44,421 nt of DNA from an uncultured Methanosarcinales archaeon (GCA_964405295.1 CAYONI010000001.1:62001-106421), one strand, 5' to 3'; numbered from the stretch's first letter, positions 19,626-28,093 are shown. Notes: a model not told the origin generated them from the sequence alone. Program-made: numbers and translations.

Positions 19626-20364
19626 TTTCTATGTGTGCAATTATTGGAAAGTGATCTGAAACATAAGGGGCTTTAATAATTTCTTTTGAAGAGATGATTA
19701 TATTCCCCTTTTTAGTTGCTAAAACATAATCTCTTTTTGTATCAGGTTCAACATATTTATTAGCTCGAGATTTGGTGTATGGATTTAGACTTGAACGAGA
19801 TATTTCTTCTGTAGGTTTATCTGCATACTTAAATAAATTATTTATTTTCATAAATGCTTCTTCCCTCAGGTCTAAATCACCAACAAGGATTGCTTTTTCA
19901 TCTCCTATTCTTTCTTCTAATAATTTAAATTGGTCTTTGGTAATAACTTCTTTGGATTCATTTGATGGATAATATAAGTGTGTATTGTAGATAAATATGT
20001 TGCCTTCCAGCTCAATTTTATGATACCCTTTTTTGGTTACTTTTGTTGTTAATTCACTTGCGTTATTAGAAGGGAACTGGTTTGTTTCTCTAGATATGAT
20101 TTCAAGATCGCTTCTTTCTGAAGATACACCTGTAATAAGACCATCTCTTTCATACCATGGATCGTTTGATGTAACAAAGTCATATTTCTTTAATTCCTCT
20201 TTGAATAAATTAATATACTTTTTTGTCCAAACCTCTTGTAGTGTAATAATATCTGGATTGGTATCTTTTATTAAAGAAATGATTTCTGCTGCTCTTTTCT
20301 TCTTGTCTGTGGAAAGAAGACTAGGAAGAAGCCAACAATTTAGGTTGAATATCTTAACATCCAT
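19618..20364 (-). CDS. Endonuclease/exonuclease/phosphatase family protein
   Basis: NLN, DIITLQEV, NTHL, GDLD, DYV, SDHFP. Confidence 0.88.
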   Translation of the reverse strand: MDVKIFNLNCWLLPSLLSTDKKKRAAEIISLIKDTNPDIITLQEVWTKKYINLFKEELKKYDFVTSNDPWYERDGLITGVSSERSDLEIISRETNQFPSNNASELTTKVTKKGYHKIELEGNIFIYNTHLYYPSNESKEVITKDQFKLLEERIGDEKAILVGDLDLREEAFMKINNLFKYADKPTEEISRSSLNPYTKSRANKYVEPDTKRDYVLATKKGNIIISSKEIIKAPYVSDHFPIIAHIEIN

Positions 20365-20366
20365 TT

Positions 20367-20840
20367 TTAGTAGATAATCCCAACTACAACTCCGATTGGT
20401 TCTCTAACAATAACCGGATCTGTATCAGGATTATTATCTCCTTTTGTAATGAAGTATATTCCTTGATCATCATAATCTTTTGCAATTACTCTGTGGATAT
20501 ACGTTTGGGTACCTACTTTGAAAGAAATTATATCACCAACATTTATGTCATCTAAGCTCTCTGGAACTATTTCAATAACATTTGCTTCAACATCAAAAAT
20601 CGGATCCATAGAATTTGTGTTTGTAAATCCAATCCATCTTGAGTTTTCAACATTTAGAATAACTTTATCTTGGTAAACATTAACTTGTGATTCATCTATC
20701 CAATTGCTTGGAGAAGTAACATCTGCTGAATGCCCAAAGGGCATGTTAAGATTAGAACTAAATATATTACTCACTATTGCACCTAGTGCAAAGATGAATA
20801 CCAGAATTAAAAGATCTATAATTATTGTCTTTTCTTTCAT
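20367..20840 (-). CDS. Signal peptidase I-like protein (S26, Ser-His type)
   Basis: N-terminal TM, TNSMDP, VGDII, IHRV, TKGDNN..D. Confidence 0.82.
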   Translation of the reverse strand: MKEKTIIIDLLILVFIFALGAIVSNIFSSNLNMPFGHSADVTSPSNWIDESQVNVYQDKVILNVENSRWIGFTNTNSMDPIFDVEANVIEIVPESLDDINVGDIISFKVGTQTYIHRVIAKDYDDQGIYFITKGDNNPDTDPVIVREPIGVVVGIIY

Positions 20841-20882
20841 ATCTCTATGTAGGCACTTATTATTTATAAACTTTTCTATTAT

Positions 20883-20902
20883 TAGTTACTTAAAAGTAGT
20901 AA
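20883..20902 (-). promoter_or_regulatory. 8-4-8 palindromic element, copy 1
   Basis: Minus strand TTACTACT-TTTA-AGTAACTA, 12 nt, then TTTATAAA. Confidence 0.6.
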
Positions 20903-20956
20903 CAAGAAGGGTGCAATAACATTTATAAAGAAAATCGTTTTCCATAGACTTGTTAT

Positions 20957-21031
20957 AGCGGAGTGGGGCAGTCAGGAGTGCCCGGAGGGCTCATAACCCT
21001 CAGGTCAGTGGTTCAAATCCACTCTCCGCTA
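20957..21031 (+). tRNA. Initiator tRNA-Met (CAU)
   Basis: A1-U72 pair, GAGGG/CCCTC anticodon stem with three consecutive G-C pairs, CAT anticodon; TATA at 20922. Confidence 0.95.
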
Positions 21032-21347
21032 TTTCTTCTTTATCAAGTTCTTTGCGTTGTTTCCTGAGAATTTCTATTTGATCGTCTATTTGTTTTGTTA
21101 GTTGTCTCTTGTCTTCAATGCTTTCTGGCATCCTTAATATCTCTAGTCCGTTCTCTTTAAGAATCTCGTTGGCTTTTTGTATTTTTCGTTTTAGTATCTT
21201 ATTCCTTTCTGTTGCAACATCAAGTTTATCTTTAACTTGTATTATATATTCTGTTCCTAATTTTAAAAGTCCTGCGTGCACATGTCCGGGTTTTATCCTA
21301 AAACAAAAACTGTTTCCAGATCTTGCTAGTTTTGCTTTTAGCTCCAT
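21000..21347 (-). CDS. AbrB/MazE-like DNA-binding protein with coiled-coil tail
   Basis: KLARSGNSFCFRI swapped-hairpin-like N-terminus; last codons run antisense into the tRNA 3' half. Confidence 0.6.
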   Translation of the reverse strand: MELKAKLARSGNSFCFRIKPGHVHAGLLKLGTEYIIQVKDKLDVATERNKILKRKIQKANEILKENGLEILRMPESIEDKRQLTKQIDDQIEILRKQRKELDKEEIAESGFEPLT

Positions 21348-21455
21348 TTTTTGTTTAGCTCCTTGTTGTGGAATACAGAAAAGAATACTTATATATAAAT
21401 GTTACGCTGATTGTTCCTCTACTTTTTATGTTACGCTATGTGTTACCCTATATGT

Positions 21456-21683
21456 ATGGATAAAGAAGAATTTCAAATATTTTTAGCAAGAAGTAAGTTA
21501 AGACAAATTGTCTATAAAAAGCTACAAGAGAAGCCACAGATAGCTTCATTCCTTGCAAAAGAGCTAAAGAAGCACAGAGAGTCTATATCTAGAGTGTTTA
21601 AAGACATGGAGAGAATAGGCTTAGTAAAGTGCCTTAACAAAGAAGATCCTCACTTTAGGAAGTATAGTTTGGTTAAGAAGTGA
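21456..21683 (+). CDS. Winged-helix transcription regulator (ArsR/MarR-like)
   Basis: RSKLR..PQIASFLAKEL..ESISRVFKDMERIGLVKC; start moved to ATG 21456. Confidence 0.8.
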   Translation: MDKEEFQIFLARSKLRQIVYKKLQEKPQIASFLAKELKKHRESISRVFKDMERIGLVKCLNKEDPHFRKYSLVKK

Positions 21684-21737
21684 GGATTCATAGTTAATGA
21701 GATATTAGTTAATCCTTAGTTGCTAAGTAAACTGGCG

Positions 21738-22805
21738 TTAATATTTATTTATTATCTCCTTTAGATGTTCTAAAAATTCATCTGCATCTAGAAAATAATT
21801 TGGATATGCTTTTTCTAAATCCGTTGAAGTATCTGCACTTACAAGGACGACATCATATTCTTTTTTCCCTTTATTCTTTTTTTCTATTTCAGAATATTTT
21901 TTTATTGCTTCTGACTCTTCACTTTTAGTATAAGAAATAATGGTTAATTTTTCTTCTGGAATGTTTAGTTCTAATAGGTAGTATTGGTATTTTTTATTTT
22001 TTCTGCTTTCCTCTTTAAAAATTTTAAGAGCCCGTCTCCAACCTCTCATTATTTTAATTACTTTTAATTGGCTTTCTTTTTGTTTGATTTGTAAATATAA
22101 CTCTTTTTCGTCAGTGGGAGTATCTTTAATACAAGGACAATTTTCAATTAATGCAAAAGCTGAACTAACTAGTTTAAAAAAATCTAACCAATCAGTATCT
22201 GCTTCACTTGATTTAATTGCTTGACTAATAAAAAAACCTACTGTTTCAACAGCAGTTGACCATAGGTGTTGTAACCTTGATCTTATTTGGATTTCCACAA
22301 GAAGACCATTGTAAATATTTTTCCCTTTATCACTATAAAATTTATATATTAGATGCAAACCTCTGTACCCTGAGTGTCTAGGCTTTGTAATAAAATCTTT
22401 TTCAGTGTACCTTTTATGTTTTAACTCACTTTTTATAAAGTAATCTTGAGCAAATTTTTTAACCAAACTAACATCTGATAATACTGCGCGACAGCCGCCA
22501 ATATCTTGCATTTGAGAAAGGGTTAGTTTCCGCATATGACCTATTTTGCTTCTGTTTAGTTTATTTATTATTGCTGGAATACGTTTTAAACGCTGAACAC
22601 CAAACCCTTCATTGTCAATATTTGGTAATTTTCTTTTTAATCGCATCTTAAAAACATGCATTGGATAGCTATGTATTGCTCTCCAATTATCTAAAATTTC
22701 GAATGCTTTATTATACTCTTCCGCAGTATGATTGTCATTAATTAATACTTCTCCTGCCCAATCTATTTCTTTTGAATTATATCCTTTGGGTTCTCTCCAT
22801 TTCAT
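21738..22805 (-). CDS. RelA/SpoT-domain protein, fused CapRel-type toxin-antitoxin
   Basis: NWRAIH.YP, QRLKR..I..KL, MQDIGGCR, SGYRGLH, EIQIRS.LQH.W.TAVE, C-terminal DVVLVS..L..AYPNYF; no HD hydrolase domain. Confidence 0.8.
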   Translation of the reverse strand: MKWREPKGYNSKEIDWAGEVLINDNHTAEEYNKAFEILDNWRAIHSYPMHVFKMRLKRKLPNIDNEGFGVQRLKRIPAIINKLNRSKIGHMRKLTLSQMQDIGGCRAVLSDVSLVKKFAQDYFIKSELKHKRYTEKDFITKPRHSGYRGLHLIYKFYSDKGKNIYNGLLVEIQIRSRLQHLWSTAVETVGFFISQAIKSSEADTDWLDFFKLVSSAFALIENCPCIKDTPTDEKELYLQIKQKESQLKVIKIMRGWRRALKIFKEESRKNKKYQYYLLELNIPEEKLTIISYTKSEESEAIKKYSEIEKKNKGKKEYDVVLVSADTSTDLEKAYPNYFLDADEFLEHLKEIINKY

Positions 22806-22887
22806 AAGCCCAAAAGAAGATTATCTTAATTATAAATCTTTTGGTTTGCGCACTTTCCCATTTCACAAATAGAATTTTTTTTATATT

Positions 22888-23040
22888 TTAATTTGGGCGC
22901 TTATTTTTTCTGGGTTTATTCCAATAGGGGCTTTTGCATTTTGGACATATTATCGGGATTTTTCTTTTATTTCTTGGTATCCAAGTATATTCACATCGCT
23001 CACATCTATATCCTGTCAAAGTTACTTTAATTTCTGCCAT
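22888..23040 (-). CDS. Small Zn-ribbon protein; absent from the ORF track
   Basis: Manual translation MAEIKVTLTGYRCERCEYTWIPRNKRKIPIICPKCKSPYWNKPRKNKRPN (50 aa); TATA ~20 nt upstream. Confidence 0.8.
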   Translation of the reverse strand: MAEIKVTLTGYRCERCEYTWIPRNKRKIPIICPKCKSPYWNKPRKNKRPN

Positions 23041-23241
23041 ATACTTATATAAGTATAACCTATATATAAATGTTTTGGGGAAATAATTTGACTATTTGCA
23101 CATAAAGTTTATCTATCAAAACTATGTTTATATAAGTAAGGTGAAATCTTTGGTAGGTTTTCAAGTTAGTATGGCTTTCTTATTTAATAGAATCTTCAAC
23201 CAAACTATTTATAAACAAAAGCTTCATTAATAGATTATTAT

Positions 23242-23274
23242 GGCGGGTCAGTGGTTCAAATCCACTCTCCGCTA
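23242..23274 (+). pseudogene. Internally deleted tRNA-Met copy (acceptor plus T arm) / attR
   Basis: GGCG joined to tRNA 3' half; upstream sequence resembles the tRNA-Met promoter. Confidence 0.6.
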
Positions 23275-23370
23275 TTATTTCTTTTTAGATTTGAACTTGT
23301 TCCGTAGCGTATCAGAATTTGAATATTTTTTGAGAACTATTTGGCTTAATGTGTTTAGTGTTTTAGTTAA

Positions 23371-23661
23371 TTAGAAGATTTTGACTGAATTAACTACTTG
23401 TTTGATTTGAGGCATAACTGCACTATAAAATTTATCAAATCCAATTCCTAATTTTGGATGCTCTAAGGTAACTTTTTCATAAGCTTCTCCTATGTGTTTT
23501 TTGTTGTTGAAGTCACCCTTCATTCTTTCTACCTCGCTAATAAGTTGTTGATATCCACAAATTAATTGTCCGCTTACTGCGGTAGTAGAGGTCCATAAGT
23601 TAAGTCTTGCTGTTTTGTTGTTGTTGGCTATTTCTTTTAGTTCTAGTAGTTCGGGTGTCAT
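23371..23661 (-). CDS. Hypothetical protein
   Basis: 96 aa ORF with TATA ~20 nt upstream; no motif recognised. Confidence 0.6.
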   Translation of the reverse strand: MTPELLELKEIANNNKTARLNLWTSTTAVSGQLICGYQQLISEVERMKGDFNNKKHIGEAYEKVTLEHPKLGIGFDKFYSAVMPQIKQVVNSVKIF

Positions 23662-23703
23662 ACTATAGATATTTTAGCTTTTATTTATAAGCTTTTCTGT
23701 TAT

Positions 23704-23723
23704 TAGTTACTAGTAAGTAGTAA
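23704..23723 (-). promoter_or_regulatory. 8-4-8 palindromic element, copy 2
   Basis: Minus strand TTACTACT-TACT-AGTAACTA, 12 nt, then CTTATAAA. Confidence 0.6.
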
Positions 23724-23775
23724 AAAGAATCAAAAGTCCAGTTATTTTATAAATGTCACTAGCTTTACTAGGAGT

Positions 23776-24717
23776 ATGGTTCTAAAAAACAACATATTCC
23801 TTGCACCCATGGCTGGTTTTACAGATGCAGCATTTAGAAAATTATCTCAAGACTATGGTGCAACTATGACTTTTACAGAAATGGTTAGTGTTAACGCTTT
23901 GTCTAGAAGGAATAAAGCAACACTAAAATTATTATCTTTTTTCACTGATGAAAATATTGGAGTCCAATTGTTTGGTCAAGATCCAAAAACTTTTGTTAAG
24001 GCAATAGGGATTCTAGAAGAATTTGAAAAAGAAAAAAATTTCAAGTTTGCAGCAATTGATTTAAATTTTGGTTGCCCTTCTTCAAAAATAATTAGGCAAG
24101 GCTCAGGATCTGCATTATTGATAAGACCTAATAAAATAAAACAAATTGTTGAAGCAGTTGTTTCTGTTGCAAAAAGACCAGTTTATTGTAAAATAAGATC
24201 TGGAATATCTTCTAAGAAAATTAACGCAGTTGAGATTGCAAAAATTTGTGAAGAAGCTGGTGCGTCCTTGGTCACAGTTCATGCTAGAACACAAAAGCAA
24301 GGTTATAATGGTAAAGCAAATTGGTCAATAATTAAAAAAGTAAAGCAAGAAGTTAAAATTCCTATTTGTGCTAATGGTGATATAAAAGATTTTGATTCTT
24401 ATCTTAAATGCAAAAAGGAGACAGGTGCAGATTGTTTTATGATTGGTCGTGCAGCAGTTGGCAATCCTTTTATTTTTAAAGAGCTTTCTGAAGAGAAAAA
24501 AATAATTCCTTCAATAGAAATGAAGGTTGCTGCATTTATGGAATACTTAAAGTATGCAAAAGAACTAGATATTAATTTTAATCAGATAAAAGTCCATGCT
24601 CAAAACTTCACTCGAGGAATTCCCAGTTCTACAAAAATTAGAAATGCTCTTTCCAGGGTTAAAGATTTGGGTGAGCTGTTAATTATAATAAAAAATATAA
24701 AGTTTATAAAAACCTAA
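23776..24717 (+). CDS. tRNA-dihydrouridine synthase (DusB-like)
   Basis: LAPMAG.TD..FR, TEMV, DLNFGCP, GSGSALL, VHART, ANGDI, MIGR. Confidence 0.93.
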   Translation: MVLKNNIFLAPMAGFTDAAFRKLSQDYGATMTFTEMVSVNALSRRNKATLKLLSFFTDENIGVQLFGQDPKTFVKAIGILEEFEKEKNFKFAAIDLNFGCPSSKIIRQGSGSALLIRPNKIKQIVEAVVSVAKRPVYCKIRSGISSKKINAVEIAKICEEAGASLVTVHARTQKQGYNGKANWSIIKKVKQEVKIPICANGDIKDFDSYLKCKKETGADCFMIGRAAVGNPFIFKELSEEKKIIPSIEMKVAAFMEYLKYAKELDINFNQIKVHAQNFTRGIPSSTKIRNALSRVKDLGELLIIIKNIKFIKT

Positions 24718-24732
24718 TAAAATCTATTTAAT

Positions 24733-25707
24733 ATGGCAAGATTCTGTCCAAAATGTGGAAAAAGTATAGATAAAGGTGTGTTTTGTGCAGATTGCAAACC
24801 GCATGTTCTAGATTATAAACCCTCAAATGTAAAGATTTGTTGTGTATGTAAAAAAATATTTACTCATGGTTCTTGGAAAGCAACAGATGATCCTATAGGT
24901 TTAATCACTAAGGAAATTAGATCTAAGGTTAAGCAGAAAGATGTTGAAGTTAATGTTATTGGTGAGTTGCCAGAATTAAAACCTGGAATAAGACAATTTC
25001 TAACTGCAGAAGTTATACAGGATGAAGTTGTTCATGAAGTTCTTTGTGAAGTTGAGGTGACTTATTGTCTTAAGTGCGCAAAATTAGGAACACAATACTT
25101 TGAAGGAGTTTTGCAAATAAGAAATATTTCTGAAAAATCAGAGAAGATTATTGCACATGTATTGTCTAAGGCTGCAGAGCAAGGAAATGCTGTTAATAAG
25201 GTGGTCACTCACCCAAAAGGTGTTGATTATTATATGACCAATAAAAGGGCAATGCCTAAGTTGGCTCAGAAAATAATTGAAAGAGCTGGTGGTTTTTATG
25301 CTTCAAGTGCTAAACTTTTCTCTCATAATCATCAAACAGGTAAAGAAATTTATAGGTTAAATCTTTTACTTGAGTTGCCTGATTTTAATATTGGTGATGT
25401 TTTCTTTTTCAAAAATAAATATATTATTATAGAATCTTTTAGTAAGAAGATTTCTTCTAGAAATTTGTTAACTGGGAAAAAAGTAATATTCGCTTATGCA
25501 GAATTTAAGAAAATAAGAGATAAAGATTTTGATCAAGCAAAAAAAATAATTAGTTCTGAGACTACTATTATTCGTCTGAGGCCGCAACAAGAAGTTCTGC
25601 ATCCAGAAAATTATCAGCCAGTTAAAGTTCTAAATCCTCTTGATGATGCAAAAGAAGATCAAAAGGTTAAGATTATTCTTATTGATAAGGGCGCAATAAT
25701 CATTTAG
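24733..25707 (+). CDS. NMD3 family protein
   Basis: FCPKCG..CADC..CCVC Zn sites, C..C....QYFEGVLQIR, GVDYY. Confidence 0.85.
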   Translation: MARFCPKCGKSIDKGVFCADCKPHVLDYKPSNVKICCVCKKIFTHGSWKATDDPIGLITKEIRSKVKQKDVEVNVIGELPELKPGIRQFLTAEVIQDEVVHEVLCEVEVTYCLKCAKLGTQYFEGVLQIRNISEKSEKIIAHVLSKAAEQGNAVNKVVTHPKGVDYYMTNKRAMPKLAQKIIERAGGFYASSAKLFSHNHQTGKEIYRLNLLLELPDFNIGDVFFFKNKYIIIESFSKKISSRNLLTGKKVIFAYAEFKKIRDKDFDQAKKIISSETTIIRLRPQQEVLHPENYQPVKVLNPLDDAKEDQKVKIILIDKGAIII

Positions 25708-25727
25708 TAACTCCTTTATAGTAGTAA
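25708..25727 (+). promoter_or_regulatory. 8-4-8 palindromic element, copy 3
   Basis: TAACTCCT-TTAT-AGTAGTAA, 12 nt, then TTTTTAAA. Confidence 0.55.
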
Positions 25728-25770
25728 GTAAGCGAAAGATTTTTAAATAAATTCTGTTGTTGTAGCTGAT

Positions 25771-26706
25771 ATGAATGAAAAAGTAATGTTAGATTTAATG
25801 GCTGCAGTTAAATTTTCTAATTTATCGTATATTTCAGATGAATTATTAGATAAGTCAATTGATTTTGTTTCTGAGAATCCTAAGTCTTTTGAAACGAAAC
25901 TAAAAGGTATTGATAAACAACATGTTGCATTCTATCAACATTTAGCAAATCCTAGTTTAATTTATTTAACAATTAAAAATGATAACCAAATTATTGGTGA
26001 AGAAGAGTATAGGCTAATGCTTCAAGAAGCAAACGAAACTTTTGCAGAATTTCCTCTTACTCGGTCTATAGAAACAACTACTCCTGACGTAACCTTTACT
26101 TATACTGGAGAATCTGAATCAAGAGGACAAATTCTTTATGATATAGCTTTCAGTAAATATTTAAATGATTCTAAAGAGGATATAGTTATTGAGTCAGATA
26201 TGTTTCCTAAAGCAAAAAAGTTTCTAAAAAGTTTACAAAATTTCAATGATGAGAAAACTAATCTTCTTGTTAATGTCTATAAATTTATTTCTTTTTGTCA
26301 ATCAGGGTTTTTTGAGTATTTTGATAAAGCAAGAATGATAAAATTAGATCAAGAAGATTTATCTAATCCTTTAGATGCAGATCAAGCTAAGATTTCTAGA
26401 ATCTTATCAGGGAGACATTTTAATATAATAAATAAGAAAAAAGATTTTGTAAATGTTTATATTGGCACTTTAATGCCAAATAATAAACAAATACAAAGAT
26501 TTTATACTTCCGGTGCGTTGAATAGGGTATTTCTTGAAGAGATGAAACATAAAATTGTTTATACTGATATGGGCTTAGCAGGAAAAGTTAATGCAGAAAG
26601 GTGTTTTGTTAATAAGTTAAGGTTAGAGTCAGGTGTCCCGAATCATCGTGTAAGAGGAAGAGAGTATTGTCTTGATAAGAATAAATTATATACTATTGAA
26701 TATTAG
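25771..26706 (+). CDS. Hypothetical protein
   Basis: 311 aa ORF with own promoter; no motif recognised. Confidence 0.7.
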   Translation: MNEKVMLDLMAAVKFSNLSYISDELLDKSIDFVSENPKSFETKLKGIDKQHVAFYQHLANPSLIYLTIKNDNQIIGEEEYRLMLQEANETFAEFPLTRSIETTTPDVTFTYTGESESRGQILYDIAFSKYLNDSKEDIVIESDMFPKAKKFLKSLQNFNDEKTNLLVNVYKFISFCQSGFFEYFDKARMIKLDQEDLSNPLDADQAKISRILSGRHFNIINKKKDFVNVYIGTLMPNNKQIQRFYTSGALNRVFLEEMKHKIVYTDMGLAGKVNAERCFVNKLRLESGVPNHRVRGREYCLDKNKLYTIEY

Positions 26707-26757
26707 GTTATAGTTAAATATAAATTCTTATTATTTTATGAAGAAGTGTTTGTTTAT

Positions 26758-27375
26758 TTAATCAAAAGAATTATATTCTTCTTCCCATTCAATGTTGCCT
26801 TTATCAAATTCTGATTCTAATTTTCTTTTTAATATATTTAACATTTCGCTTAATTCAGGAAATTGTTTCACTGATTTGTTTGCATAATTGGCAATGAATT
26901 TCGGTTTGTCATAAGTTTTGTAGCCACTTTCTACTAGTTGTGTTAAAGTTTCAATTTTATCAAGAGCTTTTATGAATTTTGATTCTCTAGTTATTCCTTT
27001 TTCATACTCATGCCATAAATTTGAAATTTCTTCGCCAATGTTTTCTGGAAGAATATCTTTTAATTCCTTTATTGCTTTAATTTCTTGTTTATTTTTCTCT
27101 TCAATGGAAACTTTTCCTTCTGCAATTTGAATTGCATCAATATCTCCAGTTAATGCTTCTGCAAGATCATGAACTAAAGCAATTTTAATGGATTTATTTA
27201 TATCAAGGTTTAGTTTTAGCTCATCTGCAATAATGAATGTGGTTAACGCCAATCTCCAAGAGTGGTCTGCACTAGATTCTTTTCTTCCAGAAGTAACTTT
27301 ATTATACCTTAAAGTTGATTTTAAATTTTCAATCTTATGTAGAAAGTCAAATATCTTTTCTAAGTTGTTTCCCAT
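26758..27375 (-). CDS. HD-domain phosphohydrolase (YfbR/HDDC2-like)
   Basis: LK...R, ES.ADHSWR, LVHDLAEA.TGD, LDKIE. Confidence 0.88.
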   Translation of the reverse strand: MGNNLEKIFDFLHKIENLKSTLRYNKVTSGRKESSADHSWRLALTTFIIADELKLNLDINKSIKIALVHDLAEALTGDIDAIQIAEGKVSIEEKNKQEIKAIKELKDILPENIGEEISNLWHEYEKGITRESKFIKALDKIETLTQLVESGYKTYDKPKFIANYANKSVKQFPELSEMLNILKRKLESEFDKGNIEWEEEYNSFD

Positions 27376-27396
27376 TGTATATTCACATTAAGTTTT

Positions 27397-27621
27397 TCAT
27401 TCTATAAATTCAAAACGAGGCATTTCTTTCCCATCTCGATTAACCGTTTCAAGAAACATTTTCTTAGGTCTTACCCACAAAGAACCTTTTTCAAATTTAT
27501 CTGAATCATAAAGTGCTTTATAGATTACTAATTCTTCTAAGGTTTCACTATGTCTAGCAAATCCTGTAACTTCATACAGTTTTCCCTTAAAATGTTTATA
27601 TTTTCCGAGTTTTACTTCCAT
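27397..27621 (-). CDS. DUF1653 family protein
   Basis: GKYKHFKG..Y.V...A.HSETLE.LV.Y.ALY..WVRP..MF..PRF. Confidence 0.88.
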   Translation of the reverse strand: MEVKLGKYKHFKGKLYEVTGFARHSETLEELVIYKALYDSDKFEKGSLWVRPKKMFLETVNRDGKEMPRFEFIE

Positions 27622-27658
27622 TTTAATATTTACCAAGAATCATAATATATAAAACTTA

Positions 27659-28090
27659 TTATATTTTGTAGACTAATTTTATACAAAAATCCTCATCTTC
27701 AATTAAAGGCATTTTCAGAGCTTCCTTTGGTGTTGCCCATTTGAAATCTTTATGTTCTTCGTTGTTTATTGTTACGGTCTGTTCTTCAGTTAGTTTTGTG
27801 GTAAATATATGATAGATAAAATCGAATTCAGGAAATTTTACATATAATTTTGTGATATAGGAAAATTGTTCTGAGGGTATTTTTAATCCTGTTTCTTCTT
27901 GAAATTCTCTGATTACTGAATCAATAAGTTCTTCCCCTTGGTCAACTTTGCCTGCAGGAACTCCCCAGGTGTTGCCTTGAGGTTTGTGGTCTTGTCTATG
28001 AAGAAGTAACATTTTCCCCTTATGATCAACATAACAACTAACAATTTCAAATTTAGGACTAAATCCTGATGGCTTTTCTTTGTAAATCAT
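27659..28090 (-). CDS. NUDIX hydrolase
   Basis: GKVDQGE......REFQEETG Nudix box. Confidence 0.92.
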   Translation of the reverse strand: MIYKEKPSGFSPKFEIVSCYVDHKGKMLLLHRQDHKPQGNTWGVPAGKVDQGEELIDSVIREFQEETGLKIPSEQFSYITKLYVKFPEFDFIYHIFTTKLTEEQTVTINNEEHKDFKWATPKEALKMPLIEDEDFCIKLVYKI

Positions 28091-28093
28091 ATT

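Larger units (their letters stand above)
21003..23276. mobile_element. tRNA-Met-anchored genomic islet without integrase
   Basis: 31-bp exact direct repeat GGTCAGTGGTTCAAATCCACTCTCCGCTATT at 21003-21033 and 23246-23276 flanking accessory genes. Confidence 0.8.

Noticed and set aside
17580..20364. SMC ATPase plus nuclease as a Lamassu- or Wadjet-like defence system
   Set aside because: Genes are convergent, the ATPase has ordinary Rad50 features, and no partner subunits are present
26758..28090. HD hydrolase or NUDIX as antitoxin for the CapRel-like protein
   Set aside because: About 4 kb outside the islet; HD motifs are YfbR/HDDC2-type rather than alarmone-hydrolase type; the toxin already has a fused autoinhibitory-type domain
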